Origin: an uncultured Planctomycetales bacterium
GTDB taxonomy: Bacteria; Omnitrophota; Gorgyraeia; Gygaellales; Profunditerraquicolaceae
Assembly: GCA_964579435.1 (NCBI GenBank)
Contig: CAZOGI010000001.1
Span: 157,907-221,906 of the forward strand
Direction: 5' to 3'
DNA: 64,000 nt
A program made the position numbers and the translations under genes. The notes beneath the pieces were generated by a model that saw only the letters and a list, made by a program, of their open reading frames with translations, had not been told where the DNA came from and made no database searches. Shown one piece after another: positions 36,103-45,255 of the stretch; position 1 is the first letter of the stretch; each line of letters opens with the position of its first letter.

Positions 36103-36615
36103 CTATTTCGGCCCGATCACGAATGACATGATCCGGCCTTCCAGGGAAGGTTCTTTTTCGACCTGCCCGTGATTCTGCGTGTCCATGATGAATTTATCGA
36201 GAATCTTGCGCCCCAGATCCAGGTGTTCCATCTGGCGGCCGCGAAAGAAAAGGTTAACCTTGACCTTGTCTTTCTTCTCAAGAAACGTCAGCACGTGTTT
36301 CAGTTTCACCTGATAATCGTGCTCGTCGATATTGGGCTTTATACGGATCTCTTTCAGGCGAGTCTGGTGCTGGTGTCTCCGCGCCTCCCGTTCCTTCTTC
36401 TCCTGATCGTATTTGAATTTGCTGAAATCGATGATCCGGCACACCGGCGGCGTTGCCTGCGCGGCAACCTCCACCAGATCCAGCTCGTACTGGTTTGCCA
36501 GTTCCTGGGCCTTGTGCACCGGCATAATCCCCAGCTGATTGCCTTCGGGACCGATCAAGCGAACCTGCGAAGCACGAATGCGATCGTTGACGCGGATGAA
36601 CTTTTTTATAGCAAC
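36103..36615 (-). CDS. infC: Translation initiation factor IF-3
   Basis: IRVNDRIRASQVRLIGPEGNQLGIMPVHKAQELA... The start is unusual: the track ORF begins far upstream at an alternative codon. The likely true start is GTG (36615) or ATA (36609), just after a GGGAGGTGG Shine-Dalgarno. Atypical infC start codons are well known. Confidence 0.8.
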   Translation of the reverse strand, partial: VAIKKFIRVNDRIRASQVRLIGPEGNQLGIMPVHKAQELANQYELDLVEVAAQATPPVCRIIDFSKFKYDQEKKEREARRHQHQTRLKEIRIKPNIDEHDYQVKLKHVLTFLEKKDKVKVNLFFRGRQMEHLDLGRKILDKFIMDTQNHGQVEKEPSLEGRIMSFVIGPK

Positions 36616-36670
36616 CACCTCCCTCGCGCCGGAGCCTTCCGACGGCGTCGCCGCGGACGGCAAAGGCGCT

Positions 36671-38425
36671 TCACTGTTTCCTTGTCCGAATATCTTCCCG
36701 CAGCGCCGAAACAAAAGCTTCCAGGCTCATCGTTTCGCTCTTGCCGCTGCCCTTCTTGCGCACGGCAACGGCCTGGGCCGCGCGCTCCCTCTCCCCGACC
36801 ACCAGCAGGTAGGGGATCTTGTCCAACTCCGCCTGACGGATGCGCTTATTGAGCGTCTCGTTGCGCGCGTCCAGTTCGGCGCGGATCGCTCCCGCGCGCA
36901 GCACCTCAAGGACCTGGCGGGCGTAACTTTCGGCGCCGGCGTCCACCGGAATGACCTGTGCCTGTACCGGCGCCAGCCATACCGGAAACGTCCCGTTATA
37001 GTGCTCGATCAGCGCCCCGACGAAACGCTCGATGCTGCCGAGCAAGACCCGGTGCAGCATAACCGGCTGCCGCTGCGTACCGTCGGCGTCGACGTAGCTG
37101 AGATTAAATCGCTTCGGCAGGGCAAAATCACACTGGATCGTCGCGCATTGCCAGGTGCGTTTCAGCGCGTCTTTCAGTTTGATATCGATCTTGGGCCCGT
37201 AAAATGCCCCGTCCCCCTCGTTGATTTCATACGCAAGGGCGCGGCGCTTCAGCGCCGCTTCAAGCGCTCCGGTTGCGGCCTGCCAATCCTGATCCGAACC
37301 GATCGATTTTTCCGGCCGGGTGCTCAACTCAACGAGGGGATCCCGGAAACCGAAGACCGCCAGGGTGTCGAAGACAAAATCGATAACGCCGGCAATCTCC
37401 TCGGCCAGTTGATCGGGGAGACAAAAAATATGCGCATCGTCCTGGGTAAAACCGCGGACCCGCAGCAACCCGTGCAACACCCCCGCCTTCTCGTTGCGGT
37501 ACACCGTTCCCAACTCAAAGAGCCGCAGCGGCAGATCGCGGTAGCTGCGCTGGCGCGACTGGTAAATCAGAATGTGCCCCGGGCAATTCATGGGCTTGAG
37601 CACGAATTCCCGGCCCTCGACGGAGAGGGTATACATGTTGTCGCGGTAATAGTCGTAATGCCCCGAGGCCTTCCACAGCTCGGCCTGCATGATATGGGGT
37701 GTCACCACCATCTGGTAGCCGCGCCGCAGGTGCTCTTGTCTTTCGAAATCCTCAATCAACATGCGCAGGAGCGCGCCCTTGGGGTGGTAAAAAACAAGGC
37801 CCGCTCCCGCCTCTTCATGAAAAATAGAGAAAAGCCCCAGCGACGGGCCGAGCTTGCGGTGATCCCGCGCCTTCGCCTGATCAAGGGCGAAAAGATGCTG
37901 CGCCAGCTCTTTCTCCGTCTCAAAACACGTCCCGTAGATGCGCTGCAGCATCGGGTTCGTTTCGATCCCATGCCAGTACGCCCCGGCGACCGATAAGAGC
38001 TTAAAGGCCTTGACCGCGTCGGTCGTCTCGACATGCGGACCGCGGCACAGATCAAGAAACCCCGAACCGGTGCGATAGACGGTAACGGTCTCCACCGGCA
38101 GCCCGTCCAGCAACTCCACCTTGTATGACTCGCCGCGCTCCGCCAGAAGCGCGCGGGCGTCGGCCTTGGCCAGCTCCTGGCGCAGGAACGGCTGCGCCGA
38201 GGCGATGATCGCGCGCATGCGCTCTTCGATGCGCGCCAGATCGGCGTCGGTCAACGGCTGCGCAAGATCGAAGTCATAATAAAAACCGTCCTCGATCGCC
38301 GGACCGATGCCCAGCTTCGCCTCCGGCCAAAGCTCTTTTACCGCCTGCGCCATGATATGCGCGCAGGAGTGACGGACGATTTCCATATCCATACCGGGCA
38401 CTAATAATTGTGGCTCTTGGCTCAT
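36671..38425 (-). CDS. thrS: Threonine--tRNA ligase (lacking the N-terminal TGS domain)
   Basis: HSCAHIMAQA editing-domain motif only 14 aa from the N-terminus. Class II core and anticodon-binding domain follow. 584 aa. Confidence 0.85.
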   Translation of the reverse strand: MSQEPQLLVPGMDMEIVRHSCAHIMAQAVKELWPEAKLGIGPAIEDGFYYDFDLAQPLTDADLARIEERMRAIIASAQPFLRQELAKADARALLAERGESYKVELLDGLPVETVTVYRTGSGFLDLCRGPHVETTDAVKAFKLLSVAGAYWHGIETNPMLQRIYGTCFETEKELAQHLFALDQAKARDHRKLGPSLGLFSIFHEEAGAGLVFYHPKGALLRMLIEDFERQEHLRRGYQMVVTPHIMQAELWKASGHYDYYRDNMYTLSVEGREFVLKPMNCPGHILIYQSRQRSYRDLPLRLFELGTVYRNEKAGVLHGLLRVRGFTQDDAHIFCLPDQLAEEIAGVIDFVFDTLAVFGFRDPLVELSTRPEKSIGSDQDWQAATGALEAALKRRALAYEINEGDGAFYGPKIDIKLKDALKRTWQCATIQCDFALPKRFNLSYVDADGTQRQPVMLHRVLLGSIERFVGALIEHYNGTFPVWLAPVQAQVIPVDAGAESYARQVLEVLRAGAIRAELDARNETLNKRIRQAELDKIPYLLVVGERERAAQAVAVRKKGSGKSETMSLEAFVSALREDIRTRKQ

Positions 38426-38481
38426 CGCCCCCCGCCTACGGCGACGCGCGCCGGGGACTACGAACCATGAGCCAAAAGAAA

Positions 38482-38558
38482 TGGTGGGCCCATGAGGACT
38501 CGAACCTCAGACCTTCACGATGTCAACGTGACGCTCTAACCAACTGAGCTATGAGCCC
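38482..38558 (-). tRNA. tRNA-Val (anticodon GAC), CCA encoded
   Basis: Manual fold: acceptor GGGCTCA/TGGGCCC, anticodon loop TTGACAT, T-loop GGTTCGAGTCC. Confidence 0.8.
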
Positions 38559-38583
38559 AACAACCGCTTGATTCCGTCTCAAA

Positions 38584-38666
38584 TGGGCAAGGAGGGATTC
38601 GAACCCTCACAGCCGTGAGGCCAACAGATTTTAAGTCTGTCGTGTATGCCATTCCACCACTTGCCC
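38584..38666 (-). tRNA. tRNA-Leu (anticodon TAA), long variable arm, no CCA encoded
   Basis: Manual fold: acceptor GGGCAAG/CTTGCCC, anticodon loop CTTAAAA, variable-arm hairpin CCTCAC/GTGAGG, T-loop GGTTCGAATCC. Confidence 0.75.
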
Positions 38667-38729
38667 GCAGCTTTTCTTCGCACCCGTTAGCGCGCGCGCC
38701 CTCCCTGCCGGTGCGCACGGGAGTGGGAA

Positions 38730-38804
38730 TGGAGGCGGCAAGCGGAATCGAACCGCTGGATAACTGTTTTGCAGACAGTTGCCTTGCCACTTGGCTATGC
38801 CGCC
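38730..38804 (-). tRNA. tRNA-Cys (anticodon GCA), CCA encoded
   Basis: Manual fold: acceptor GGCGGCA/TGCCGCC, anticodon loop CTGCAAA, T-loop GGTTCGATTCC. Confidence 0.8.
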
Positions 38805-39373
38805 GTCTTAAGAACGTTGTCAACCGCGGCCAGGATCGTCTCGGTATCGGCAAGACATCCCGGCCCCACCGTCCCGCACGCAAGCTTGCCGACCCGCGGT
38901 TCGACGAAGACATACCCCAACGCGGCCAGTTTCCGGATATTGCCCTGCGTGATCGGATTGGTATACATCGCCGCGTTCATCGCCGGACAGAAAATCACCG
39001 GCGCTTTCGTCGCAGAAATAATACAGGAAAGGAGATCGTCGCAGAGCCCGCCGGCGACCTTGGCGATGCACTGCGCCGTTGCCGGCGCGATCAAAACCGC
39101 ACGGGCCCGTTCGGCCAGGGAGATATGTTCCACCTCCCAGGTTTCGGGCGAATCGAACAACCCCCGATACGCCCGTCGTCCCGTCAAGGCTTCCCAGAGC
39201 AGCGGCCGGATAAACTCTTCCGACTCCCGCGTCATAACGACATCGACCGAGCAGCCTCGATCCCGCAGGCGCCGGATCAGATCGCCCGCCTTATAGATCG
39301 CGACGCTGCCGGTCACGCCCAGGATAACAACCGGGGCGGCTGCGGCGATGCGGCGGGTTTCTTTAGGCGGCAC
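38795..39373 (-). CDS. coaC: Phosphopantothenoylcysteine decarboxylase (flavoprotein, CoaC half only)
   Basis: VVILGVTGSVAIYK...PAMN motifs. About 190 aa with no CoaB domain. The GTG start at 39373 (GAAGG upstream) is preferred over the ATG at 39415, which would overlap rpoZ by 53 nt. The 3' end overlaps tRNA-Cys by about 10 nt. Confidence 0.65.
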   Translation of the reverse strand: MPPKETRRIAAAAPVVILGVTGSVAIYKAGDLIRRLRDRGCSVDVVMTRESEEFIRPLLWEALTGRRAYRGLFDSPETWEVEHISLAERARAVLIAPATAQCIAKVAGGLCDDLLSCIISATKAPVIFCPAMNAAMYTNPITQGNIRKLAALGYVFVEPRVGKLACGTVGPGCLADTETILAAVDNVLKTAA

Positions 39374-39578
39374 CTTTTGCCTTCTTACAGCTGACTTTGC
39401 CTTCAGCAATTTCATGCAGGGCGATAGTGGAGGGCTTGGTGGTGCTATTGATTTCAACCAGCTTCGGTTGCCCTTCCGCAATCTCCAATGCGCGCTTGGA
39501 GGCGAGTACCACTAATTTATAAATCGAATCGTTGCTTCTGTCCAACAGCCTCTCAAGCGGAACATAATTTATAAGCAT
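39363..39578 (-). CDS. rpoZ: DNA-directed RNA polymerase omega subunit
   Basis: YKLVVLASKRALEI...TIALHEIAEGKV, 71 aa. Confidence 0.7.
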   Translation of the reverse strand: MLINYVPLERLLDRSNDSIYKLVVLASKRALEIAEGQPKLVEINSTTKPSTIALHEIAEGKVSCKKAKGAA

Positions 39579-39599
39579 GTCTCTCCCTAAAATGTAACC

Positions 39600-40202
39600 C
39601 TATGTCTTAAAATGCGATACATTGCTGCGAATAATTTTTTTGAGCTCTTGGATAGCCAGCGCCAAGCGGTCATTAATCAGAAGGTAGTCAAATTTCCTGG
39701 CGCGACGCATCTCCTGCCTGGCCAATGCCAGCCGCTGGCCGATCTCGCGCGCCGCCGTTTCCCGTTTACGCGCGCCAATGCGCTTCGCCAAAACCTCCTC
39801 TGAAGGCGCGCCCACCAATATCGAAACGGTCTCCCGGGGAAAAGCTCGCTTAACCTGCCGAACCCCCCGATAATCGAGACAAAGGATCAGGTTGCGGCCG
39901 CGCGCCAGCTGCTGCTGCACAAACGCGCGCGGAGTTCCGTAATAATACCCCAAATACCTGGTCCATTCAAGAATTTTTTTCGCTTTCTGCAGAGCGCGGA
40001 AGCGTTGCGCAGAGACAAAAAAATAATCCCTCCCTTCGCGCTCGCCCGCCCGCCGCGGCCGCGTGGTGCACGAAACCGAACGCCTGAGGCATTTTTTCGC
40101 CTGCGGATCCCGCAGGATACGCCGCGCCAGGGTCGTCTTGCCTGACCCTGAAGGGCCGGAAAGGATGAAAAGTCGTCCGCTCAGGGGTACGGGGGATTTC
40201 AC
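39600..40202 (-). CDS. gmk: Guanylate kinase
   Basis: LFILSGPSGSGKTTL P-loop. GTG start. Confidence 0.85.
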   Translation of the reverse strand: MKSPVPLSGRLFILSGPSGSGKTTLARRILRDPQAKKCLRRSVSCTTRPRRAGEREGRDYFFVSAQRFRALQKAKKILEWTRYLGYYYGTPRAFVQQQLARGRNLILCLDYRGVRQVKRAFPRETVSILVGAPSEEVLAKRIGARKRETAAREIGQRLALARQEMRRARKFDYLLINDRLALAIQELKKIIRSNVSHFKT

Positions 40203-41026
40203 TCGATGTTCTGGACCTGCTCGCGCAACTTCTCTATTTTACTCTTGAGCCCGACCACGATCGCCGAGATCGGCCCGTCGCAGGATTTGGCGCCCATGGT
40301 ATTGGTCTCGCGCTGCATCTCCTGGGCGATAAAATCGAGCTCTTTGCCTACCGGACTGTTCCCCGCGCATTTTTCCAGGAAGGTACGCAGAAAGAAATCC
40401 AGGCGATCGAGCTCCTCGGCAATATCGATATTCTTTAAAAAGCTGGCGCGCTCATCGGGTGTCGAGAGCTGCGCCGCCTTCTCCTTGGCGACGACGCAAA
40501 ACCGGGCGCGGATCCGCCCCACCTCTGTCTGCATGGTGCGGGCATACTGGCGCAGTATCCGCTGCAAAGCGCGCCCCTCTTTTTGGCGCATGCGCAGCAG
40601 TTGCGTCAACGCCCGCGCCAGCAAACGCTCCAGCTGCGGCCACAAGGTCTCCCGCGAAGTCCGCCGCTCGACCAGCGAAACCACGCCGGGCAAATGCAGC
40701 AGCGTTTCCAGCGAAGGCGCCCCCGCGAGGCGATAGCGCCTTTGGACGTGGGCAATCTCTTCCAGGTAGCGGCCCAGGAGCGCGGTGTCGAGACGCACAT
40801 CCGCCGGCATTGCCGCGGCGACCTTGAAGACGCACACCACTCGCCCGCGGCAAAGCTTCTTTTCGACCTCCTTCTTGATCCGGTCCTCAAACGCCAAAAA
40901 ACCTTCGGGCAAATGCAGGACCGTCTCGAGGAATTTATGGTTGGTGCTGCGCAGCTCTATCGAACAGCTGCCCCCCTGCGCAAGCGAACCTTCGGCGATG
41001 CCGAACCCCGTCATGCTGCGAATCAT
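40199..41026 (-). CDS. yicC: YicC/YloC-family protein
   Basis: MIRSMTGFG N-terminus (identical to the E. coli YicC start). The internal ATG at 41026 is preferred over the GTG at 41032. Confidence 0.75.
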   Translation of the reverse strand: MIRSMTGFGIAEGSLAQGGSCSIELRSTNHKFLETVLHLPEGFLAFEDRIKKEVEKKLCRGRVVCVFKVAAAMPADVRLDTALLGRYLEEIAHVQRRYRLAGAPSLETLLHLPGVVSLVERRTSRETLWPQLERLLARALTQLLRMRQKEGRALQRILRQYARTMQTEVGRIRARFCVVAKEKAAQLSTPDERASFLKNIDIAEELDRLDFFLRTFLEKCAGNSPVGKELDFIAQEMQRETNTMGAKSCDGPISAIVVGLKSKIEKLREQVQNIE

Positions 41027-41526
41027 TCCCACGTCTCCACGGTTCGCTCGCGCTCAACCGCCTTTTTCGTCCGGTACAGTGGCACGATAATCTCCTCCGG
41101 CGAAAACCAGAGTTTGATCTCCCGCTCCGCCTCTTTCTCGTCCGAAGAAACATGAATGACGTTTTCGTATACCCCCGAGGTGGTAATCCGGCCATAAGAG
41201 CCGCGGATACTGGTTGACTCCGCCTCCTCCGGATTCGTGGCGCCGGCCAGCTCTCGGCACTTGCGGATCGCCTCTTTCCCCCAATACACCAGCGCCATAA
41301 CCTTACGGCGATCGTGCAGCTCCCCCTGCAAATACCGCAGCAGCTCTTCGAAAAACGGCTTATCCCGCAGATGACAGTAGTGCGCCGAGGCCAACTCCCG
41401 GGAGACGCGGACCATTTTTGCGCCGACGATCTCCAGTTTCGTCTCCGAAAGACGGGTGAGAATATTGCCCGTCAACGATTTTTTGAGCCCGTCGGGCTTG
41501 ATGAGAATAAGGACCGCCTGATTCAT
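41023..41526 (-). CDS. ndk: Nucleoside diphosphate kinase (with about 25-aa C-terminal extension)
   Basis: ILIKPDG...NVIHVSSD (His active site)... Confidence 0.85.
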   Translation of the reverse strand: MNQAVLILIKPDGLKKSLTGNILTRLSETKLEIVGAKMVRVSRELASAHYCHLRDKPFFEELLRYLQGELHDRRKVMALVYWGKEAIRKCRELAGATNPEEAESTSIRGSYGRITTSGVYENVIHVSSDEKEAEREIKLWFSPEEIIVPLYRTKKAVERERTVETWE

Positions 41527-41530
41527 TGCA

Positions 41531-42385
41531 TTACCCCCCTGCCATTTTGTCGACGAGCCGAGACAGGTCGTCGGGAGAGTAGAATTCTATCGCGATCTCC
41601 CCCCTCTTTTTACGTCTCGTAATGCGGACCTTGGTTCCCAATGCCTGCTGAAGCCGCTCCTCCGCCGCAACCAGCGACGGATCCTTGCCGGCGAGGGAGC
41701 GTATGCGCTGCCGGACCGCGCGCGGCGAGCGCCGGCGCAGGAGCGTCTCGAGCTCCCGCACCGACAACGCCTTGATGACCGCCTCGTGTGCAAGACGCCG
41801 CTGCAGGTGCGGATCATCCAGTTCCAGGAGTGCCCTGCCATGCGCAAAACTCAGGCGGCCGCCGCGGATATCCTCCTGCACCTCTGCGGGCAGATTCAAC
41901 AGCCGCAGGGTATTGGCAACGCTCGCGCGCGCCTTGCCCAGCACCACACTGATACGTTCCTGAGTGATCTGGAACTTATCGATGAGGTATTGGTACGCGC
42001 GCGCCTCTTCGATCGCGTTGAGATCCTGACGCTGGATGTTTTCGATAAGCGCGATCTCCAGCGCTTCCTGGTCGTTTGCCTCTTTCAAAAGAACCGGGAT
42101 TTCGCTCAATTGCAGATGCTGTGCGGCGCGGAACCGTCGTTCACCGGCGATCAACTCGAATATATCGCCCTTCTTGCGCGCGACAACCGGTTGGATAACT
42201 CCCTTTTCTTTGATCGACTGTATCAATTCCTGCATCCGCACCGGATCAAAATCCTCCCGCGGCTGCAGCGGATTCGGCCGCACCTGCTCGATCTTGGCAA
42301 GGATAACCGCTCCGCTTTCTTCTTGCAAAGATGCCCGCTCAGGTAACAACGCACTCAATCCCTTTCCTAAAGCTCGTTTTTCCAT
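41531..42385 (-). CDS. parB: Chromosome partitioning protein ParB/Spo0J
   Basis: MEKRALGKGLSALLP; ParB box GERRFRAA. The second ATG (42385) has GAGGA at -10 and is preferred over 42391. Confidence 0.85.
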   Translation of the reverse strand: MEKRALGKGLSALLPERASLQEESGAVILAKIEQVRPNPLQPREDFDPVRMQELIQSIKEKGVIQPVVARKKGDIFELIAGERRFRAAQHLQLSEIPVLLKEANDQEALEIALIENIQRQDLNAIEEARAYQYLIDKFQITQERISVVLGKARASVANTLRLLNLPAEVQEDIRGGRLSFAHGRALLELDDPHLQRRLAHEAVIKALSVRELETLLRRRSPRAVRQRIRSLAGKDPSLVAAEERLQQALGTKVRITRRKKRGEIAIEFYSPDDLSRLVDKMAGG

Positions 42386-42393
42386 CCGCATCC

Positions 42394-43200
42394 TCAGCTA
42401 TTTATGGTTCCCGAAGAATTATCCAGACTGAAATCTGGCTTGGGTATTCCTAAAATCTCGCAGGCAAGCTCTTCATACTTTTGAGCGCCTAATGAATCCT
42501 TGTCATACAAAGAGATTGGTTTGCCGTAACTCGGTGCCTCTGTTAATCTTATGTTTCTTGGAATGACTGTTTTATAAACTTTTTCTCTAAAATACCCTCG
42601 CACCTCTTGAATAACTTCTTTGGTAAGATTTGTCCGGAAATCGGCCATAGTTAAAAGGACCCCTTCAATTTCCAGTCCGGGGTTGAGTGTTTCACGAACC
42701 AGCTTGACGGTATTCATCAGCTGCGTCAATCCTTCTAACGCATAATATTCGCACTGAACGGGAATGATAAGCGAGTCTGCCGCACAGAGCGCATTGATCG
42801 TCAGTAACCCCAGCGATGGCGGCGAATCGATGATCACGAAATCGAAATTGTTCTTTTCCTCGACAAGCGAGCGCTTCAGCTTATACTCGCGCCCCAGAGC
42901 TCCGACGAGCTCAACCTCTGCGCCGGTCAGGTCAAGATTTGCCGGCGCCACAAAGAAATTCGGGACCGCGGTTTCAACAACAACCCCCGCCAGCTTCTCC
43001 TCCTCCAAGAGAATATGGTATGTACTCTTCTTTACATCGTGCCGATTAATGCCTGCGCCGCTCGTTGCATTTGCCTGGGGGTCAAGGTCGATCAACAGAA
43101 CCCGCTTTTGCGCGCGCGCCAGATAGGCGGAAAGATTGATTGAAGTTGTCGTTTTCCCTGTTCCACCCTTCTGGTTGCAGATTGAAATTACCTTACCCAT
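42394..43200 (-). CDS. parA: Chromosome partitioning ATPase ParA/Soj
   Basis: ICNQKGGTGKTT deviant Walker A. Note the low GC (about 43%). Confidence 0.85.
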   Translation of the reverse strand: MGKVISICNQKGGTGKTTTSINLSAYLARAQKRVLLIDLDPQANATSGAGINRHDVKKSTYHILLEEEKLAGVVVETAVPNFFVAPANLDLTGAEVELVGALGREYKLKRSLVEEKNNFDFVIIDSPPSLGLLTINALCAADSLIIPVQCEYYALEGLTQLMNTVKLVRETLNPGLEIEGVLLTMADFRTNLTKEVIQEVRGYFREKVYKTVIPRNIRLTEAPSYGKPISLYDKDSLGAQKYEELACEILGIPKPDFSLDNSSGTINS

Positions 43201-43273
43201 TTAATTTCAAATAGTTACAAATTGTTCCACGCGGAACATTTTGATTGCCCTTGATTCTTTATCTATTGTCCTT

Positions 43274-43501
43274 TTATTTTGCCGGCTTGTCAAGTTTTTT
43301 GTCTGCTGCCGGAACTACGCTTACCCTTACCTTGGCTGGCTTTGCCCCCGCCATACCAAATAGCCCTCTTTCTTCCTCGCTAAGCACTTCTATCTTCACT
43401 TGCTTACGCGGGACCTTGAGCGCAACCAGGGCTTTATTAATAGCGTCCTCGAGATTTTTACCCTCAACCTCGATACTTTGAAATTCTTTATGCGGGGACA
43501 T
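43274..43501 (-). CDS. Jag/KhpB N-terminal-domain-only protein (Jag_N, no KH or R3H domains)
   Basis: Internal ATG gives MSPHKEFQSIEVEGKNLEDAINKALVALKVPRKQVKIEVLSEEERGLFGMAGAKPAKVRV, which matches the Jag_N pattern (GKTVEEAI..AL..LGV...V.VEVL.E...GFLG). Sits in the canonical jag position after yidC. Confidence 0.5.
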   Translation of the reverse strand: MSPHKEFQSIEVEGKNLEDAINKALVALKVPRKQVKIEVLSEEERGLFGMAGAKPAKVRVSVVPAADKKLDKPAK

Positions 43502-45023
43502 TCTTGTACACTCTCGCTTGATAAATAAGCATGAGAAGGCTATTCGTGATCCAGTACAAAACAAGTCCGGAGGGAACGCGGTAAAACGCCATTCCAAAAA
43601 TTATCGGCATTAAGAAAAGCATCATCTTCTGCTGTTCATTGGCTCCAGCGGTTTTACTCATGGATATCTTCTGTTGAAAGAACATCGCAAGAGCCATGAG
43701 GATTGGTAATAAATTAATTTCGTTGCCTAAAAGCGGGAGGTGATTGGGCAAAAGCGCAATCCGGTCAGGCTCGGAAAGATCCTTAATCCAGAAAAACTCC
43801 GCACCTTTTAACGCAATAGAGCGAGGAAGCAGTTGAAGGAAGGCAACAAAAACGGGCATTTGCAATAACAGCGGCAAGCAGCCGCCCAAGGGATTGACTT
43901 TATGCTCCCGAAATAACTTCATTTGTTCTTGCTGAAATTTCTGGGGATTATCCTTATACAACTTCCTTAACTCTTCGAGTCGAGGTTGAATCATTTGCAT
44001 CTCTTTCATCGACTTTGTTTGCTTTATGGTCAATGGAAATAGCGCTATAAAAATTGTGCATGAAACGCCAATGATGGCCCATCCCCAGTTATTGAATAAC
44101 CTGTGGAAAAACTCAAGCAATTGAAGCAAAATTTGTGATATAAAATCAAAGGTTCCAAAATGAATAATCGACGCATACTCGGGATCAGCTTCTGAAAGCA
44201 GCTTTATAATCTGTGGGCCGGCAAATAATTTCAAATTTAACGCCTTCTTTTCTCCTGGTTTTAGCTCCATCAACGACTGCGGACTAAACGTCACCACAGA
44301 AACATTTTTATCCGGACGCGAGATTGATCCGTTAATTTTTACTGAATCATCAGATTGGACAATTAAAGCATAATATCTTGTTTTGAAAGCAATGAAGTCA
44401 ACATCTTTAAAGTCTGCCTTCTTTGAAGGAGCATAGGTAGTTGTATTATTTTTTTCCCTACTCACCACAACACTACTATATTGTAAATCGCTTGCCCCCT
44501 GCTTCAAATCAAAACTTCCCAGAACAACTGGAAAATTTACCGTACGAACATTACTTCCAATATTCTCAACTTCAAATTTAAGATTTCCTTGAACACTATT
44601 CTTAAAAGATAGAATCCTTTTAATTCTAAATTCTCTATCTTCACTAACCGAAATAATGGAATTATTAATTAAATTAGATTCACTAATAATAAAATTATTA
44701 TTAAACCCAACTATTTCTAAGGCATTAAATAACAACATGTTACCACCACCAAAAACTTTTCCAAACTTCAACTCAAACAATGACCCGGTTAAGCCATTAA
44801 ATACCGCCTTAAAATGTCCAAAGTTAAATTCCTTTTTGGACATTTCTTTAACATTTTGCAGATCGTTCTTTTTTATTTCTGGCGGGAGGATTTCTTTTGA
44901 AGACAGCGGCTCTTGTTCAGATCGCAGAAGGAGCGGGGACGGCTGTTGCTTTGGCAAAACGGACGACCAAATAAACAATACCACCGCTGACAAGAAAATA
45001 GCCAAAATCAGTCTTTTTTCCAT
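43488..45023 (-). CDS. yidC: Membrane protein insertase YidC
   Basis: N-terminal TM, large periplasmic domain and C-terminal five-TM core (MPIIFGMAFYRVPSGLVLYWITNSLL). The periplasmic-domain coding region is extremely AT-rich (about 25-35% GC). Confidence 0.85.
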   Translation of the reverse strand: MEKRLILAIFLSAVVLFIWSSVLPKQQPSPLLLRSEQEPLSSKEILPPEIKKNDLQNVKEMSKKEFNFGHFKAVFNGLTGSLFELKFGKVFGGGNMLLFNALEIVGFNNNFIISESNLINNSIISVSEDREFRIKRILSFKNSVQGNLKFEVENIGSNVRTVNFPVVLGSFDLKQGASDLQYSSVVVSREKNNTTTYAPSKKADFKDVDFIAFKTRYYALIVQSDDSVKINGSISRPDKNVSVVTFSPQSLMELKPGEKKALNLKLFAGPQIIKLLSEADPEYASIIHFGTFDFISQILLQLLEFFHRLFNNWGWAIIGVSCTIFIALFPLTIKQTKSMKEMQMIQPRLEELRKLYKDNPQKFQQEQMKLFREHKVNPLGGCLPLLLQMPVFVAFLQLLPRSIALKGAEFFWIKDLSEPDRIALLPNHLPLLGNEINLLPILMALAMFFQQKISMSKTAGANEQQKMMLFLMPIIFGMAFYRVPSGLVLYWITNSLLMLIYQARVYKNVPA

Positions 45024-45039
45024 TGTTTGCCTTTATGCG

Positions 45040-45255
45040 CTAATGAGGCGGATCATAGAGTGGGCCGCGGGTAAAAGGATGGCACCGCAAAATGCGCCGG
45101 CAGGCTTTTAAGCCGCCACACCAAAAACCCCACCGGGAAATCGATTCCTTCGCATACTCCGAACAACTGGGGATATAACGACAGCTGGGCGGCAGGAGCC
45201 CGCGGAAAAACCGCTGATACGTCGCAAGGAACAAAAGCGCTATCCGTCGGCCCAT
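45040..45255 (-). CDS. yidD: Membrane protein insertion efficiency factor YidD
   Basis: YQRFF...CRYIPSCSEYA motif, 71 aa. Confidence 0.8.
   Translation of the reverse strand: MGRRIALLFLATYQRFFRGLLPPSCRYIPSCSEYAKESISRWGFWCGGLKACRRILRCHPFTRGPLYDPPH

Noticed and set aside
36539-37996. 485-aa plus-strand ORF antisense to thrS
   Set aside because: thrS is unambiguous on the minus strand.
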